IMG/VR virus record: IMGVR_UViG_3300025645_000038
Span: 100,846 to 164,845 of that record
Reading direction: 5' to 3' (one strand)
Length of the DNA: 64,000 nt
Source of the DNA: a virus
The position numbers were made by a program, and so were the translations under genes. Positions 1 through 9,600 of the stretch are shown here, one piece after another (position 1 is the first letter of the stretch; every line of letters begins with the position of its first letter). Under the pieces are notes generated by a model. It did not search any database. It was not told the DNA's origin and saw nothing but the letters and a program-made list of their open reading frames with translations.

Positions 1-78
1 ATACAACCTACAAGGACTGCTGAGTTTATTGTATTAGACTTCTCAGTACTTCCAACGGGTGCTGCATTTCCTGAATAA
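1..78 (+). CDS. Tail sheath protein, C-terminal fragment (partial)
   Basis: Frame 1 reads IQPTRTAEFIVLDFSVLPTGAAFPE*, a typical sheath C-terminus (QPxxxAEFI), directly upstream of the tail tube gene. Confidence 0.85.
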   Translation: MQPTRTAEFIVLDFSVLPTGAAFPE

Positions 79-102
79 TAGGGAGGTGTAAAACAGTAGA
101 AG

Positions 103-127
103 AGGGGAACAATAGTTCCCCTTTTTT
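103..127 (+). terminator. Rho-independent terminator after the sheath gene
   Basis: AGGGGAAC-AATA-GTTCCCCT hairpin followed by a T run. Confidence 0.85.
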
Positions 128-135
128 ATTATATC

Positions 136-157
136 AAAAAACTATGAAAAAACTATG
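136..157 (+). repeat. 11-bp tandem repeat AAAAAACTATG x2
   Basis: Direct sequence in the sheath-tube intergenic region. Confidence 0.7.
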
Positions 158-199
158 AAATAATAACTCAATATTCTGTATCGATTTTTCAGTTTGTTT

Positions 200-208
200 A
201 TATTTATA
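200..208 (+). promoter_or_regulatory. Putative phage promoter motif ATA(T/C)TTAT(A/T)
   Basis: ATATTTATA 35 nt before the tube ATG; the same motif recurs before several transcription units. Confidence 0.55.
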
Positions 209-243
209 TATGAAAGAATTAAACACTTATTAGGAGAACTGAA

Positions 244-732
244 ATGGCAGATATAATCGATCCTTCAGAAATTATGTTTACACCCTTTGAACCGAAAGTT
301 AAAAATCGGTTTATTATGTACATAGAAGGAATCCCTGCATACCTTATTAGAGCTGCTGCTCGACCAACTATTACATTCGAAGAAATAGAATTAAATCATA
401 TCAACGTTAAAAGATATGTTAAAGGAAAAGGTTCTTGGGAACCATTGGAAATCACTCTTTACGATCCTATTGTACCATCAGGTGCACAGGCAGTTATGGA
501 GTGGGTTCGTTTACACAAAGAATCTGTTACAGGTAGAGATGGATACTCAGACTTTTACAAGAAAGATGTTACTTTCAACGTATTGGGTCCTGTAGGAGAT
601 AAAGTAGAAGAATGGACACTAAAAGGTTCTATGATTCAATCTGCTAACTTTGGTGACATGAACTTTGAAACCAATGAACCTAATGAGATTACATTAACAC
701 TAAGATACGATTACGCTATCTTACAATTCTAA
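244..732 (+). CDS. Tail tube protein (T4 gp19-like)
   Basis: 162 aa after the sheath; FEPK..NRF, W..I.ITLYDP, EEW.LKG and ITLTLRYD motifs. Confidence 0.9.
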   Translation: MADIIDPSEIMFTPFEPKVKNRFIMYIEGIPAYLIRAAARPTITFEEIELNHINVKRYVKGKGSWEPLEITLYDPIVPSGAQAVMEWVRLHKESVTGRDGYSDFYKKDVTFNVLGPVGDKVEEWTLKGSMIQSANFGDMNFETNEPNEITLTLRYDYAILQF

Positions 733-741
733 GAGGATAAT

Positions 742-951
742 ATGAGTTTTTTAAGAGAAATGCTTTCTAGTGATGCTAAAATCTCTAGTAAAAGATTTGT
801 CGGTTTTATGGCTTTCTTTATGCTGATTTGTAGTTGGGGTGCTGATACCTTTTCTGCATTTGAGGTCAAGGATAAGATATTGGAATGTTTTATGTACATT
901 TCAGTAGTTGGACTTGGTGTTACAGCGGCTGAGAAGTTCGGTAAAAAATAG
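742..951 (+). CDS. Small two-TM membrane protein (holin-like)
   Basis: 69 aa, SSKR followed by two hydrophobic helices and a basic C-terminus; SD GAGGA. Confidence 0.5.
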   Translation: MSFLREMLSSDAKISSKRFVGFMAFFMLICSWGADTFSAFEVKDKILECFMYISVVGLGVTAAEKFGKK

Positions 952-984
952 TTATAGTTCAAAACTAAATCATAGGAGTCAAAT

Positions 985-1728
985 ATGGCTGAAGTCAAAT
1001 TCCCTACAGAAGTAGTGGATTTGCCGTCAAAGGGATTATTGTATCCAGAAGGTAGCCCTCTATCATCTGGTAAAATAGAAATCAAATACATGACGGCAAG
1101 AGAAGAAGATATTCTAACATCTGCTAACCTTATTAAACAAGGTGTGGTGGTTCAAAAATTATTAGAGTCTCTTATTATAGACAAATCAATTAAGGTAGAT
1201 GATTTACTGATTGGTGATAAAAATGCTGTTTTAATAGCAGCTCGTATTCTTGCTTATGGTAAAGAGTATGAAGTTGAAATATTTGGTAGGAAGGTAGAAG
1301 TTGATTTAACTCAATTAAAAGATAACAAGTTAGATGAGAGTATAGTTACAAAAGGAGTTAATGAGTTTGAGTTTGAATTACCCGCTACAAAAAGAAAATT
1401 AACTTTTAAAATGCTTGTATCAGGCGATGAAAAAACAATTGATGATGAGGTTAAAGGTTATGAGAAAATACATGGTATTGGATACGAACTAACCACAAGA
1501 TTAAAACACCAAATTATTTCAGTAGATGGTGATACTAAAAGAGCTAGTATTAACTCTTTTGTAGATAATGAGTTCTTATCAAGAGATTCAATGGCTTTTA
1601 GAAATCATATATCTGATATTATGCCAGATGTGGATATGACATCAACTTTTACTGATGAGGATGGAAACGAAAAGGAGTTCACGGTCCCTATGACCGTTAC
1701 GTTTCTTTGGCCTAACGCCGGAATATAA
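985..1728 (+). CDS. Baseplate hub / tail assembly chaperone (T4 gp26-like)
   Basis: LPSKG..YP, MTAREEDIL, GD.NA.L.AARI..YG, C-terminal FLWP; lies between tube and tape measure. Confidence 0.8.
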   Translation: MAEVKFPTEVVDLPSKGLLYPEGSPLSSGKIEIKYMTAREEDILTSANLIKQGVVVQKLLESLIIDKSIKVDDLLIGDKNAVLIAARILAYGKEYEVEIFGRKVEVDLTQLKDNKLDESIVTKGVNEFEFELPATKRKLTFKMLVSGDEKTIDDEVKGYEKIHGIGYELTTRLKHQIISVDGDTKRASINSFVDNEFLSRDSMAFRNHISDIMPDVDMTSTFTDEDGNEKEFTVPMTVTFLWPNAGI

Positions 1729-1927
1729 ACCACAAATACACGAACAACTTTTTCAAATAAGTTTTAACTCACAAGGTATGTTCTCTTTTTCAGAGGTATA
1801 TAACATGCCTATATATCTCCGTACATTCTACTTTAAGAGATTACAAAAACATTTTAAGGATGAAGCTGAAGAGGTCAAGAAAGCTCAACAAAGTAACAAA
1901 TCATCTATTCCATCTTATAAAAAATGA
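1706..1927 (+). CDS. Unannotated +1-frame extension of the chaperone (gp51-like segment), probably expressed by frameshift
   Basis: Open frame FGLTPEYKPQIHEQLF...VYNMPIYLRTFYFKRL...KK*, beginning at TTT_CTT_TGG; no start codon before 1778. Confidence 0.7.
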   Translation, partial: FGLTPEYKPQIHEQLFQISFNSQGMFSFSEVYNMPIYLRTFYFKRLQKHFKDEAEEVKKAQQSNKSSIPSYKK

Positions 1928-1935
1928 TAAATGTG

Positions 1936-1944
1936 ATATTTATT
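1936..1944 (+). promoter_or_regulatory. Putative phage promoter motif (ATATTTATT)
   Basis: Recurring motif upstream of the 1987/tape-measure unit. Confidence 0.5.
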
Positions 1945-1986
1945 ATTGAATAATTCCACACAAAAATAATCTTATGGAGAACAGAA

Positions 1987-2187
1987 ATGGCTGACAGAGA
2001 AGGTTTAATATTTAAATTCTTTGATAAATGGAAAAGAAAACGTTTAAATAGATTCGCAAAACAGTTAGTAAAAGACGATCCTTCCATAGAAAAAAACTTA
2101 GATAATTTAGGAAAAGCTTTTTCAGATTTAGAGAGTAAACTAAAAAAGAAGTATCCTGATGCTTATAAGAAAGCTATGGGGAAGTAA
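1987..2187 (+). CDS. Hypothetical protein
   Basis: 66-aa ORF with SD GGAG, ending 3 nt before the tape measure gene. Confidence 0.7.
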   Translation: MADREGLIFKFFDKWKRKRLNRFAKQLVKDDPSIEKNLDNLGKAFSDLESKLKKKYPDAYKKAMGK

Positions 2188-2190
2188 TAA

Positions 2191-3924
2191 ATGGCTAAAA
2201 AAGTTGATAGTAGAGAACAGGTAATAAACTTAAAAAAACAGACTGAAGAGTTAAGAAAACAAAGTGAAGTTATGCGTAGTCATAACGACTACTCTAAGTC
2301 ATATACTCAGTCTCTTGAAAAGGGTAGATCTATTCTCAAAGATATAACTGGTTTACAAAGTGACCAAGCACAGATTTCAAAAAATACTCAAAGTATTGAG
2401 AAGAATATAAGCGCTCTTTTCGCAAAAAAAGAAAAGAGTGAAGCACTAATAAATAGTCTAAAGATAAGTCAATACTCTAATAGTAAAAAATTAACATCAG
2501 AAGCAAAAAACTTTTCTGGTCTTACCGATAGATTTTTGAAAGGTGAAGTAGAGTTGGATGAACTTTACAGAGCTAGAGAACAATTTATTGGAACAGACTT
2601 TTACAACACACTCGAAGAGTTAATTGAACTTATGGAAAAGTCCCCAAACTTATCAGAAAAATTAAGTTTAGAGGCTGATGCTCAAAAGAAGATAGACGAT
2701 TTTAGAAAAAAGGTAAAAGAAACTTCAGCTTTTCTAAGTAGTCCAAAGGCTATGGGAGTAGCTGCTGTAGGATTACTGGTTCAACAGATGGGTGATTTTG
2801 CTAGTAAGGCTTTTGAAGCTAGACAATCTTTAGGAACAACAGCAGTTGAGTCAGCTAGAGTAGCTGGTAATCTAAAAGTAGCTGGGTTAGCTGCTAAAGC
2901 TGTTGGTGGTAGTTCAGAACAAGCTGAAGCAGCTGTAATGTCATTGGTTGATGAGTTTGGTTCTGTATCCGTTATAAGTGCTGGTGTATCAAAACAATTA
3001 GGTTTGGTAACAGGTCAGTTTGGTTTAAGTGGAGACAATGCTGGTAAGTTATTAAAACAAATGCAGGCTATAAATGGTTCTTCAATAGAAACCAATCTAA
3101 ATCTAATAAGTTCTGTTGGTGAACTTGCAAGAGCTGAAGGAGTTGCGCCTGCTAAAGTTCTAAACGACATAGCTGGAGATACGGAGACATTTGCTAAGTT
3201 CGCAAAAGATGGTGGAAAAAATATAGGTGCAGCTGCTATTCAAGCTGCTAAGTTAGGTTTAAATATGTCTACAGTAGCCGGTATAGCTGAAAATCTATTA
3301 GACTTTGAGAGTTCGATAGAAAAGCAGATGGAAGCATCTGTTCTATTGGGTAGACAACTTAACTTAGATAAAGCTAGAGAGTTGTCCTTAATGGGAGACT
3401 TAGAAGGTTTACAAAAAGAAGTATTAAAACAAGTTGGTTCAGAAGCTGATTTTAACGCTATGAATGTGATGCAAAGAAAAGCTCTTGCTGATGCTATCGG
3501 TGTTAGTGTTGCCGACTTAGGTAAGATGGTAGCTGGTGAACAAACATCAGCACAGGCAGCAGCTGATAAGGTTAAAGCTCAAGAGAAATCATTAAAATTA
3601 CAAGAAAAAGCTTCTTACGCAGCTTTAGTGACAGCAGCTGCACAAATCGGTGCAAGTTTTGGAAAATTTGGTCCAGTTGGATTTGCACTAGCCATACCCG
3701 CAATTATGAAGTTATATTCTTTAGCAAAAGGAGCTCCAAAAGCTCAAACCGGTGGTGTAGTAAGAGAAACCGGTATGGCTGTAGTGCACAAAGGTGAGAC
3801 GATAGCTGGAACTCAGTTTGGTGGTAGAGAAAGTAATAACTTACTAAAAGAATTAATTAAACAAAACTCAACCTTAATGGGTAGACTAACAAACAAAGTT
3901 GGTGAAATGGCATTAGGTTCATAG
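2191..3924 (+). CDS. Tape measure protein
   Basis: 577 aa, helical, Ala/Gly/Leu-rich; LLDFESSIE..MEAS.LLGR.LNL.KAR motif; position after the chaperone. Confidence 0.8.
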   Translation: MAKKVDSREQVINLKKQTEELRKQSEVMRSHNDYSKSYTQSLEKGRSILKDITGLQSDQAQISKNTQSIEKNISALFAKKEKSEALINSLKISQYSNSKKLTSEAKNFSGLTDRFLKGEVELDELYRAREQFIGTDFYNTLEELIELMEKSPNLSEKLSLEADAQKKIDDFRKKVKETSAFLSSPKAMGVAAVGLLVQQMGDFASKAFEARQSLGTTAVESARVAGNLKVAGLAAKAVGGSSEQAEAAVMSLVDEFGSVSVISAGVSKQLGLVTGQFGLSGDNAGKLLKQMQAINGSSIETNLNLISSVGELARAEGVAPAKVLNDIAGDTETFAKFAKDGGKNIGAAAIQAAKLGLNMSTVAGIAENLLDFESSIEKQMEASVLLGRQLNLDKARELSLMGDLEGLQKEVLKQVGSEADFNAMNVMQRKALADAIGVSVADLGKMVAGEQTSAQAAADKVKAQEKSLKLQEKASYAALVTAAAQIGASFGKFGPVGFALAIPAIMKLYSLAKGAPKAQTGGVVRETGMAVVHKGETIAGTQFGGRESNNLLKELIKQNSTLMGRLTNKVGEMALGS

Positions 3925-3934
3925 GAGATAAGAA

Positions 3935-6385
3935 GTGGCTTTAGAAGACTTAGTATCAGACTTATCTAATTTCAAAGGACAATCTCAGTACGATGATTTA
4001 GATGGTCAGATAAAAAATGGTGTGGATTTTATTCCTAATACGGATGCTCCTGGTTTTACTCCTAAAACAGATTTAGAGTCTTTATACAATAAAGTTAAAG
4101 ATGGTACAGTGGTTGCTCCAAACTCTGGAGTGGTATCTAATGAGAAAACAAGAAATCCTTATGGTGCACAAGGAGAGTATCTTGTTGCTAACGGAATAGG
4201 TATAGCAAATCCATCTCATATAATAAGTGGTGATAATATCTTGGGAGTCAAGGTACAACCACAATTCGTAACAGACTTTATGACCACACCATTAGCTGAT
4301 TACAATAGTAGATTTTCACTATCCACACCTTTGGGTGCAGGAACTAAAACACTTAAAGTTAGAAAAGAGTCTTTTAGAACAGTAGAGGGTGAATCTCCAT
4401 TTGATAAATTTATAAAACCATTTTCTGTAGAAACAACAAAAAACATTTACGGAGATAGCGACTATATAAAAGATTTATTTGAGTTTAGAAAAGATGGTAG
4501 GGATACATTTAAAAACGTTCCAAATGGAGTGGATGGTAATGGTTTATTTAGTACTGCTGATTTTAGAAAGGTAGCTAACAAAGGCCCATTTGATGGTAAC
4601 AACACTCATCCAATTATATTAAGAAAGCCGGGTTCAAATTGGGACAGTGTTCTATCAGAAACACCTGGATTAGGTGGAACGATAGGTGGTGTTTTACAAG
4701 GTGCTTTAAGCGTATTTGGTTTACTAACAAAGAGTTCAAGAAATATTGCTGATAAAGCTAGAATAGGTACTTATTTGTTATCAGATCCTGGTAAATTATT
4801 TATTGCTAAACAATTTGGTATGCAATTACTTAATCCTACAATAGAAAGTAAGATATACAATCCTCTTTCTACTTTAGGTATAGCTGGAGCAAATAGTTTA
4901 CTGGATGGAGATGTAAGGGGATTATTACAGGCAGCTGCTTCTTTTATCTTACCTGTAAGTCATGTAGAAAGACATTTAGGTGGTGGTAGATATGAGGATA
5001 TAATGCCGTTAAGAGAATTGCCTGCTATGGCAAAACTTTTACTACCTGGCGCAATAAAAAGTGTAATTCCTGATAATGGCTTTGATACAAAAGCTAAATA
5101 TGGTTTTGGTAGTAGACTTGCTTTACAAAGTAATCCTGAAATAATACCAGAAGTATCAGCATACGGTTACACCATTGGTGGAAAAGATTTAGGAACTTCT
5201 TTACTTTTTATGAATCCTAATAAATATTTATTCCCAATTTCATCTGCTCCTAAAAGTATTGGTCCTGATGGTAGTATTTCATTTTTAGGTGGTCCTAGAT
5301 TTGCTGCTGTGGATGCTGATAGAGCTGAAAATACACAAAAAATAGGAAATACTCATGGTGGTGTTACTTTCAATGACGCAGCTTCAAATAATTTTGGTAG
5401 AGCAGCAAATGGTACTGGTGATAGAACAAGATTTCATACATCAACATATTCTGAACTAAGAAGAGAAAACAGATATGAGAAAGATATTAAAACATCAGCA
5501 GTAAACCAAAATACACATATGCAAAATACTGAAGAAAGAAGAAAAGAGTATAAAAAGATAAATGATAATATAGGTAATCCTGGAGGAACTACTTTTTCAA
5601 CAACAAATGGTACAGGAATAGTTGTTAATGAAATACTTGGTGGTGGTGTAAAAAGAGGACAAGGCCCTAGTACAATATCAAGTGCTGTAGATAAAGTTAA
5701 CATTATTCCATATGGTAGTGATGGTAATGGGGACATACCTACCGATCATCAAAGTACAAAAGATTTTATTAAATTTAGGTTCTTTGATGTGGTGAACAAA
5801 AAGTTCATTATATTTAGAGCTATTTTAGAAGGCATAACAGATACCATTACGCCGGAGTATAGTGAGGAAAGATATATTGGTAGGCCTGATAAACTATTTA
5901 CATATCAAGGTGTTGATAGAAGTTTATCGTTTACTTTTAGTATCTATCCCAAAACAAAACAAGAGTTGCCAGTTTTGATGGAGAAATTAAATTACTTAAT
6001 AGGGTTGTGTTATCCATCATTTACAACAGGTGACAGAATGGTTACACCATTTATAGATTTAACATTAGGTGATATGTTTGTGAGTACTCCTGGTATTTTG
6101 AGTTCTCTAACAGTTACTGTTGAGGAGCAAAGCACATGGGAAATAACCGATGGTTTACAATTTCCACATTTTATAAAAGCTGCATGTGAGTTTAGACATA
6201 TTGGTAAGCATGTTCCTGTATCAACAGGTAGACATTATGATTTACCATTTGGGTTAGATGACGCAAGACAAAAACAAATTGATAGATTTACAAGCGATAA
6301 AGCATTTGGATTTAATCAGTATCCAAGTAGAAAAGAAGATTTTAGAAAAGAAATATTTGGTTCTTTAGGACAACCAAACGAATAG
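3935..6385 (+). CDS. Baseplate / tail-tube initiator protein (gp48-like C-terminal domain)
   Basis: C-terminal FRA.L..ITD....Y....YIGR.D..FTY.G.DRS.SF.F tube-fold motif; follows tape measure. Confidence 0.6.
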   Translation: MALEDLVSDLSNFKGQSQYDDLDGQIKNGVDFIPNTDAPGFTPKTDLESLYNKVKDGTVVAPNSGVVSNEKTRNPYGAQGEYLVANGIGIANPSHIISGDNILGVKVQPQFVTDFMTTPLADYNSRFSLSTPLGAGTKTLKVRKESFRTVEGESPFDKFIKPFSVETTKNIYGDSDYIKDLFEFRKDGRDTFKNVPNGVDGNGLFSTADFRKVANKGPFDGNNTHPIILRKPGSNWDSVLSETPGLGGTIGGVLQGALSVFGLLTKSSRNIADKARIGTYLLSDPGKLFIAKQFGMQLLNPTIESKIYNPLSTLGIAGANSLLDGDVRGLLQAAASFILPVSHVERHLGGGRYEDIMPLRELPAMAKLLLPGAIKSVIPDNGFDTKAKYGFGSRLALQSNPEIIPEVSAYGYTIGGKDLGTSLLFMNPNKYLFPISSAPKSIGPDGSISFLGGPRFAAVDADRAENTQKIGNTHGGVTFNDAASNNFGRAANGTGDRTRFHTSTYSELRRENRYEKDIKTSAVNQNTHMQNTEERRKEYKKINDNIGNPGGTTFSTTNGTGIVVNEILGGGVKRGQGPSTISSAVDKVNIIPYGSDGNGDIPTDHQSTKDFIKFRFFDVVNKKFIIFRAILEGITDTITPEYSEERYIGRPDKLFTYQGVDRSLSFTFSIYPKTKQELPVLMEKLNYLIGLCYPSFTTGDRMVTPFIDLTLGDMFVSTPGILSSLTVTVEEQSTWEITDGLQFPHFIKAACEFRHIGKHVPVSTGRHYDLPFGLDDARQKQIDRFTSDKAFGFNQYPSRKEDFRKEIFGSLGQPNE

Positions 6386-6393
6386 GGTAAGTT

Positions 6394-6684
6394 ATGAGAT
6401 ACAAAAGTAATGTAATAAAAAAAGATAGAAACAATGTCAGATACTATAAACCAAGAATAGTACCTAACATACCTATAAAAGATAGTGATATTTTTATTTA
6501 TCCATTATATGGTGATAGGTTTGATACATTAGCTCAAAGGTATTATGAAGACTCTAATCTTTGGTGGATTATTGCTAAAGCTAATGAAATCGGTAACGGT
6601 AAAATAGCTCCAAATCCTGAAAAAAAACTTAGAATACCAACAGAGATAGATGATATATTAGAATCAATAAACAAAGCTAATTAA
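6394..6684 (+). CDS. LysM-like baseplate wedge protein (gp53/tail X-like)
   Basis: GDRFDTLAQRYYEDSNLWWIIAKAN...LRIP. Confidence 0.8.
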   Translation: MRYKSNVIKKDRNNVRYYKPRIVPNIPIKDSDIFIYPLYGDRFDTLAQRYYEDSNLWWIIAKANEIGNGKIAPNPEKKLRIPTEIDDILESINKAN

Positions 6685-6686
6685 AT

Positions 6687-9600
6687 ATGTATACAAAGTT
6701 TATATCAAAACCCATTCAAGAAAAGTTGAAAGCTAAAGAACGAGCGCTCGCACGTTTAGGTAAACCATCACAACAACAACAGAATGACGACTCTTTGGAG
6801 CTAAAAGATTTAGCAAGTAGAACAATTTTCGTGAGAATGTGTTCTAACAAATCTAAAGTTCCAAATATATTAATATCAGGTGGTGAACACAACGAAAGGG
6901 GTATACCTTTAGGATTTGGAGATTCCTATAAAGATAGAACAGGTAATGTAGACGAAGAAGGTAATCCTATAGATAATTCTGGCATAAAAGCAGTGCCTGG
7001 TGTAAAGGATATTAGTGTTGAGTATAAAGGTGGATTTAAAGCTATTAGAGAGTGTACAATAAATTGGACTGTACCTGCTATAGAAGATTTAGATAGATTA
7101 ACACCATACTTTTTAACTGTTGGTAAGACAGTTGTTGTAGATTGGGGTTGGGTAAATGCTAATAAAAAGAGTTTAAGGCAACAGATTGGTGTCGAACCTT
7201 TTATTCAAAGAAATATAGATGTTGCGAATAACACTGTAAACTATTCCGTTGACCAAGAGATATTTACAAATCCCCAACAAAGAGTTATAGAGGCTGGTGG
7301 TGATTATGATGCAATAGGTGGAAGGATAAAAAACTTTAATTATACTCTAAGAGAAGATGGTGGGTTTGATTGTATAACCACTATTACCGCTCTAGGTGCA
7401 GCCCTTTTCCATAAACCAGTAGATGTTAGTGGTGATAAACAAGGAACAAGAAAGTCTAAGAAAGATAATAGTCCTGTATTCACACCACCTGATACTTTGA
7501 TTAATTTTTTACTTAATTTAAAGAATGTGCTTAAATACGATGTATTGGGTATAGAAAAAGACAGAGAATTTGAATCATTATACGAATTATCTAAAGGGGA
7601 AAGAGGATTGTATAGTAGTGCTGTTTACCATACAAGCTACTCACTTAGTGGTAAGAAAAAATTCGCTGTATCAAAAAATTTTTCTTGTATAATAGTTAAT
7701 GATTCTAAAAATCCTGATGTTATTTTAACTGTTCATCCAGAAGGAAAAACTGATATTTTCGTGACTTGGGGATATTTTGAAGACCAAATATTAAACAGAT
7801 ACTTATCTTACAGTGGTGGTTCAGAAGATGGTTCTGGAATAAAAATGACTATGAGAAGTACAGATACAATTTTAGATGCAGAAGGAAAGGCTATTTCTAC
7901 TGAAGATTTAGATGGAGCTATTATTGAAAGATATGGTGTGAATTTAGACATACCATCTGACGATTATAACTCCACATTAAAACAGACTACTCTAATTAGA
8001 TATCCGTCTTTACTTTATCCTACAGACCCAATGAAGTTTTTTATTTTAGAGACAAACTCATTGATTGTCGCTACTGATAAGAAAACAGGAGCTATTAGTG
8101 AAGAGGGTTTGAAAACATCTTTTTTCAAAGAGAAACTTCAGGCTGCAGGGGATGTCAAAAAAAGAATTAAAGAGTTTTTACACGCTTTTTTAGATATGGG
8201 ATTTCAAAACAAAGCTGACTTTTCTTCTAAATCATTTAATGCACAGAACATTGGAACTCGTGGTAAAGGTAAACTTAGAAATATATACGTTAATATAAAA
8301 GAGATACAGAGAGCATTTGGTATAACTAATGCCGATTCTAATGATACGACTAAAAATAATGTGAGTCCACCTGGAACCATCGGCGCAGCTATGACAAATC
8401 TTCTTAATGAACTTAATGGTAATTTTCATAATTGTTGGGATTTTGATTTAGCGGTTGACCAATACGATTCGACAAATATAAAAGTTGTAGATAAATCCGA
8501 TACAAATACTGATAACCCTAAATACACAACTTATGAGGGCGGGGTAGATGATAAAGAGGGTAGGAACAGTCACAAGGTTCAAGACTTGGGTTTATTTAAG
8601 TTTCCATCATTTAAGATAGGCAGTATAGTCAAGACACAGAATTTAGAATTTAAGATTCCTGACGCACAAGCAATCACGATACTATATGGTTCTAATAAAG
8701 AAAAAGGACAAAGTGATTCCTCTGCTAAATCACGATTGGATAAACTCTTTAGGTTGGATAAAGTAGATACTGATAAAGATCCTTACGCAGATAAATTTTT
8801 AGAAAGTTTGGAAACATCAAACTTTAAGGTAGAAGATAAAGTTATAGGTGAAGCTACCCAGAGTATAGTTGTTAGTAGACGGGTGGGTAGTTATCAATCG
8901 GATGAAAATTCAAAAATTGTTGAGGGAGAAGGTATATCTCTGAATATCAAAGAATCTCCGTATGAGTGGAAACGATACTTACCTGATGTTGAAAAGACTG
9001 ATAAACCCGATTCTAATCCAAAAACAACAACTAATTATGAAGTAGACGATTTTGGTAATCTTAAATATGTGACTAGAAAAATAACGAAAGACGGAAAAAA
9101 TCCCATACATTTATCTCGCGATAATACTTTCTATAGTTACGATACAACAAACAAAACATTAGTATTAGAATCAAATGCACAAGGTGCTTTAAATAGTTAC
9201 ATAAATGCTAGTTCACCGACTGCTGAGTACGATGTCAACTCTTTGATACCAGCAGATTTAACTTTAGAAATAGATGGTACAGGAGGTATAATACCAGGTG
9301 ACATAATTCAAACCGACTACATACAGAACAAATATAAAGCTTCCATCTCATTTACAGACTTAAAAGGAAAAAGAACAGACGCAGGTCCTTTGACTTATTT
9401 TCAGCTATTCGGAGTTACTCAAAAGATAGACCCGAGTGGTTGGAAGACAGAACTAACAAGTAAAATGAGAATCAATTATATAAATGATGGTATAGACTTA
9501 GAGTACAAAGTTCCTGTTGATAATCCCCTTAATCCCAAAACATCCACAATCCAAAATTCAGACGAACCTGAAAGACCATTTATTTCAATACCAATAGAAG

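Noticed and set aside
136-160. Tandem AAAAAACTATG as an iteron or mini-array
   Set aside because: Only two low-complexity copies with no spacers; kept as a simple repeat
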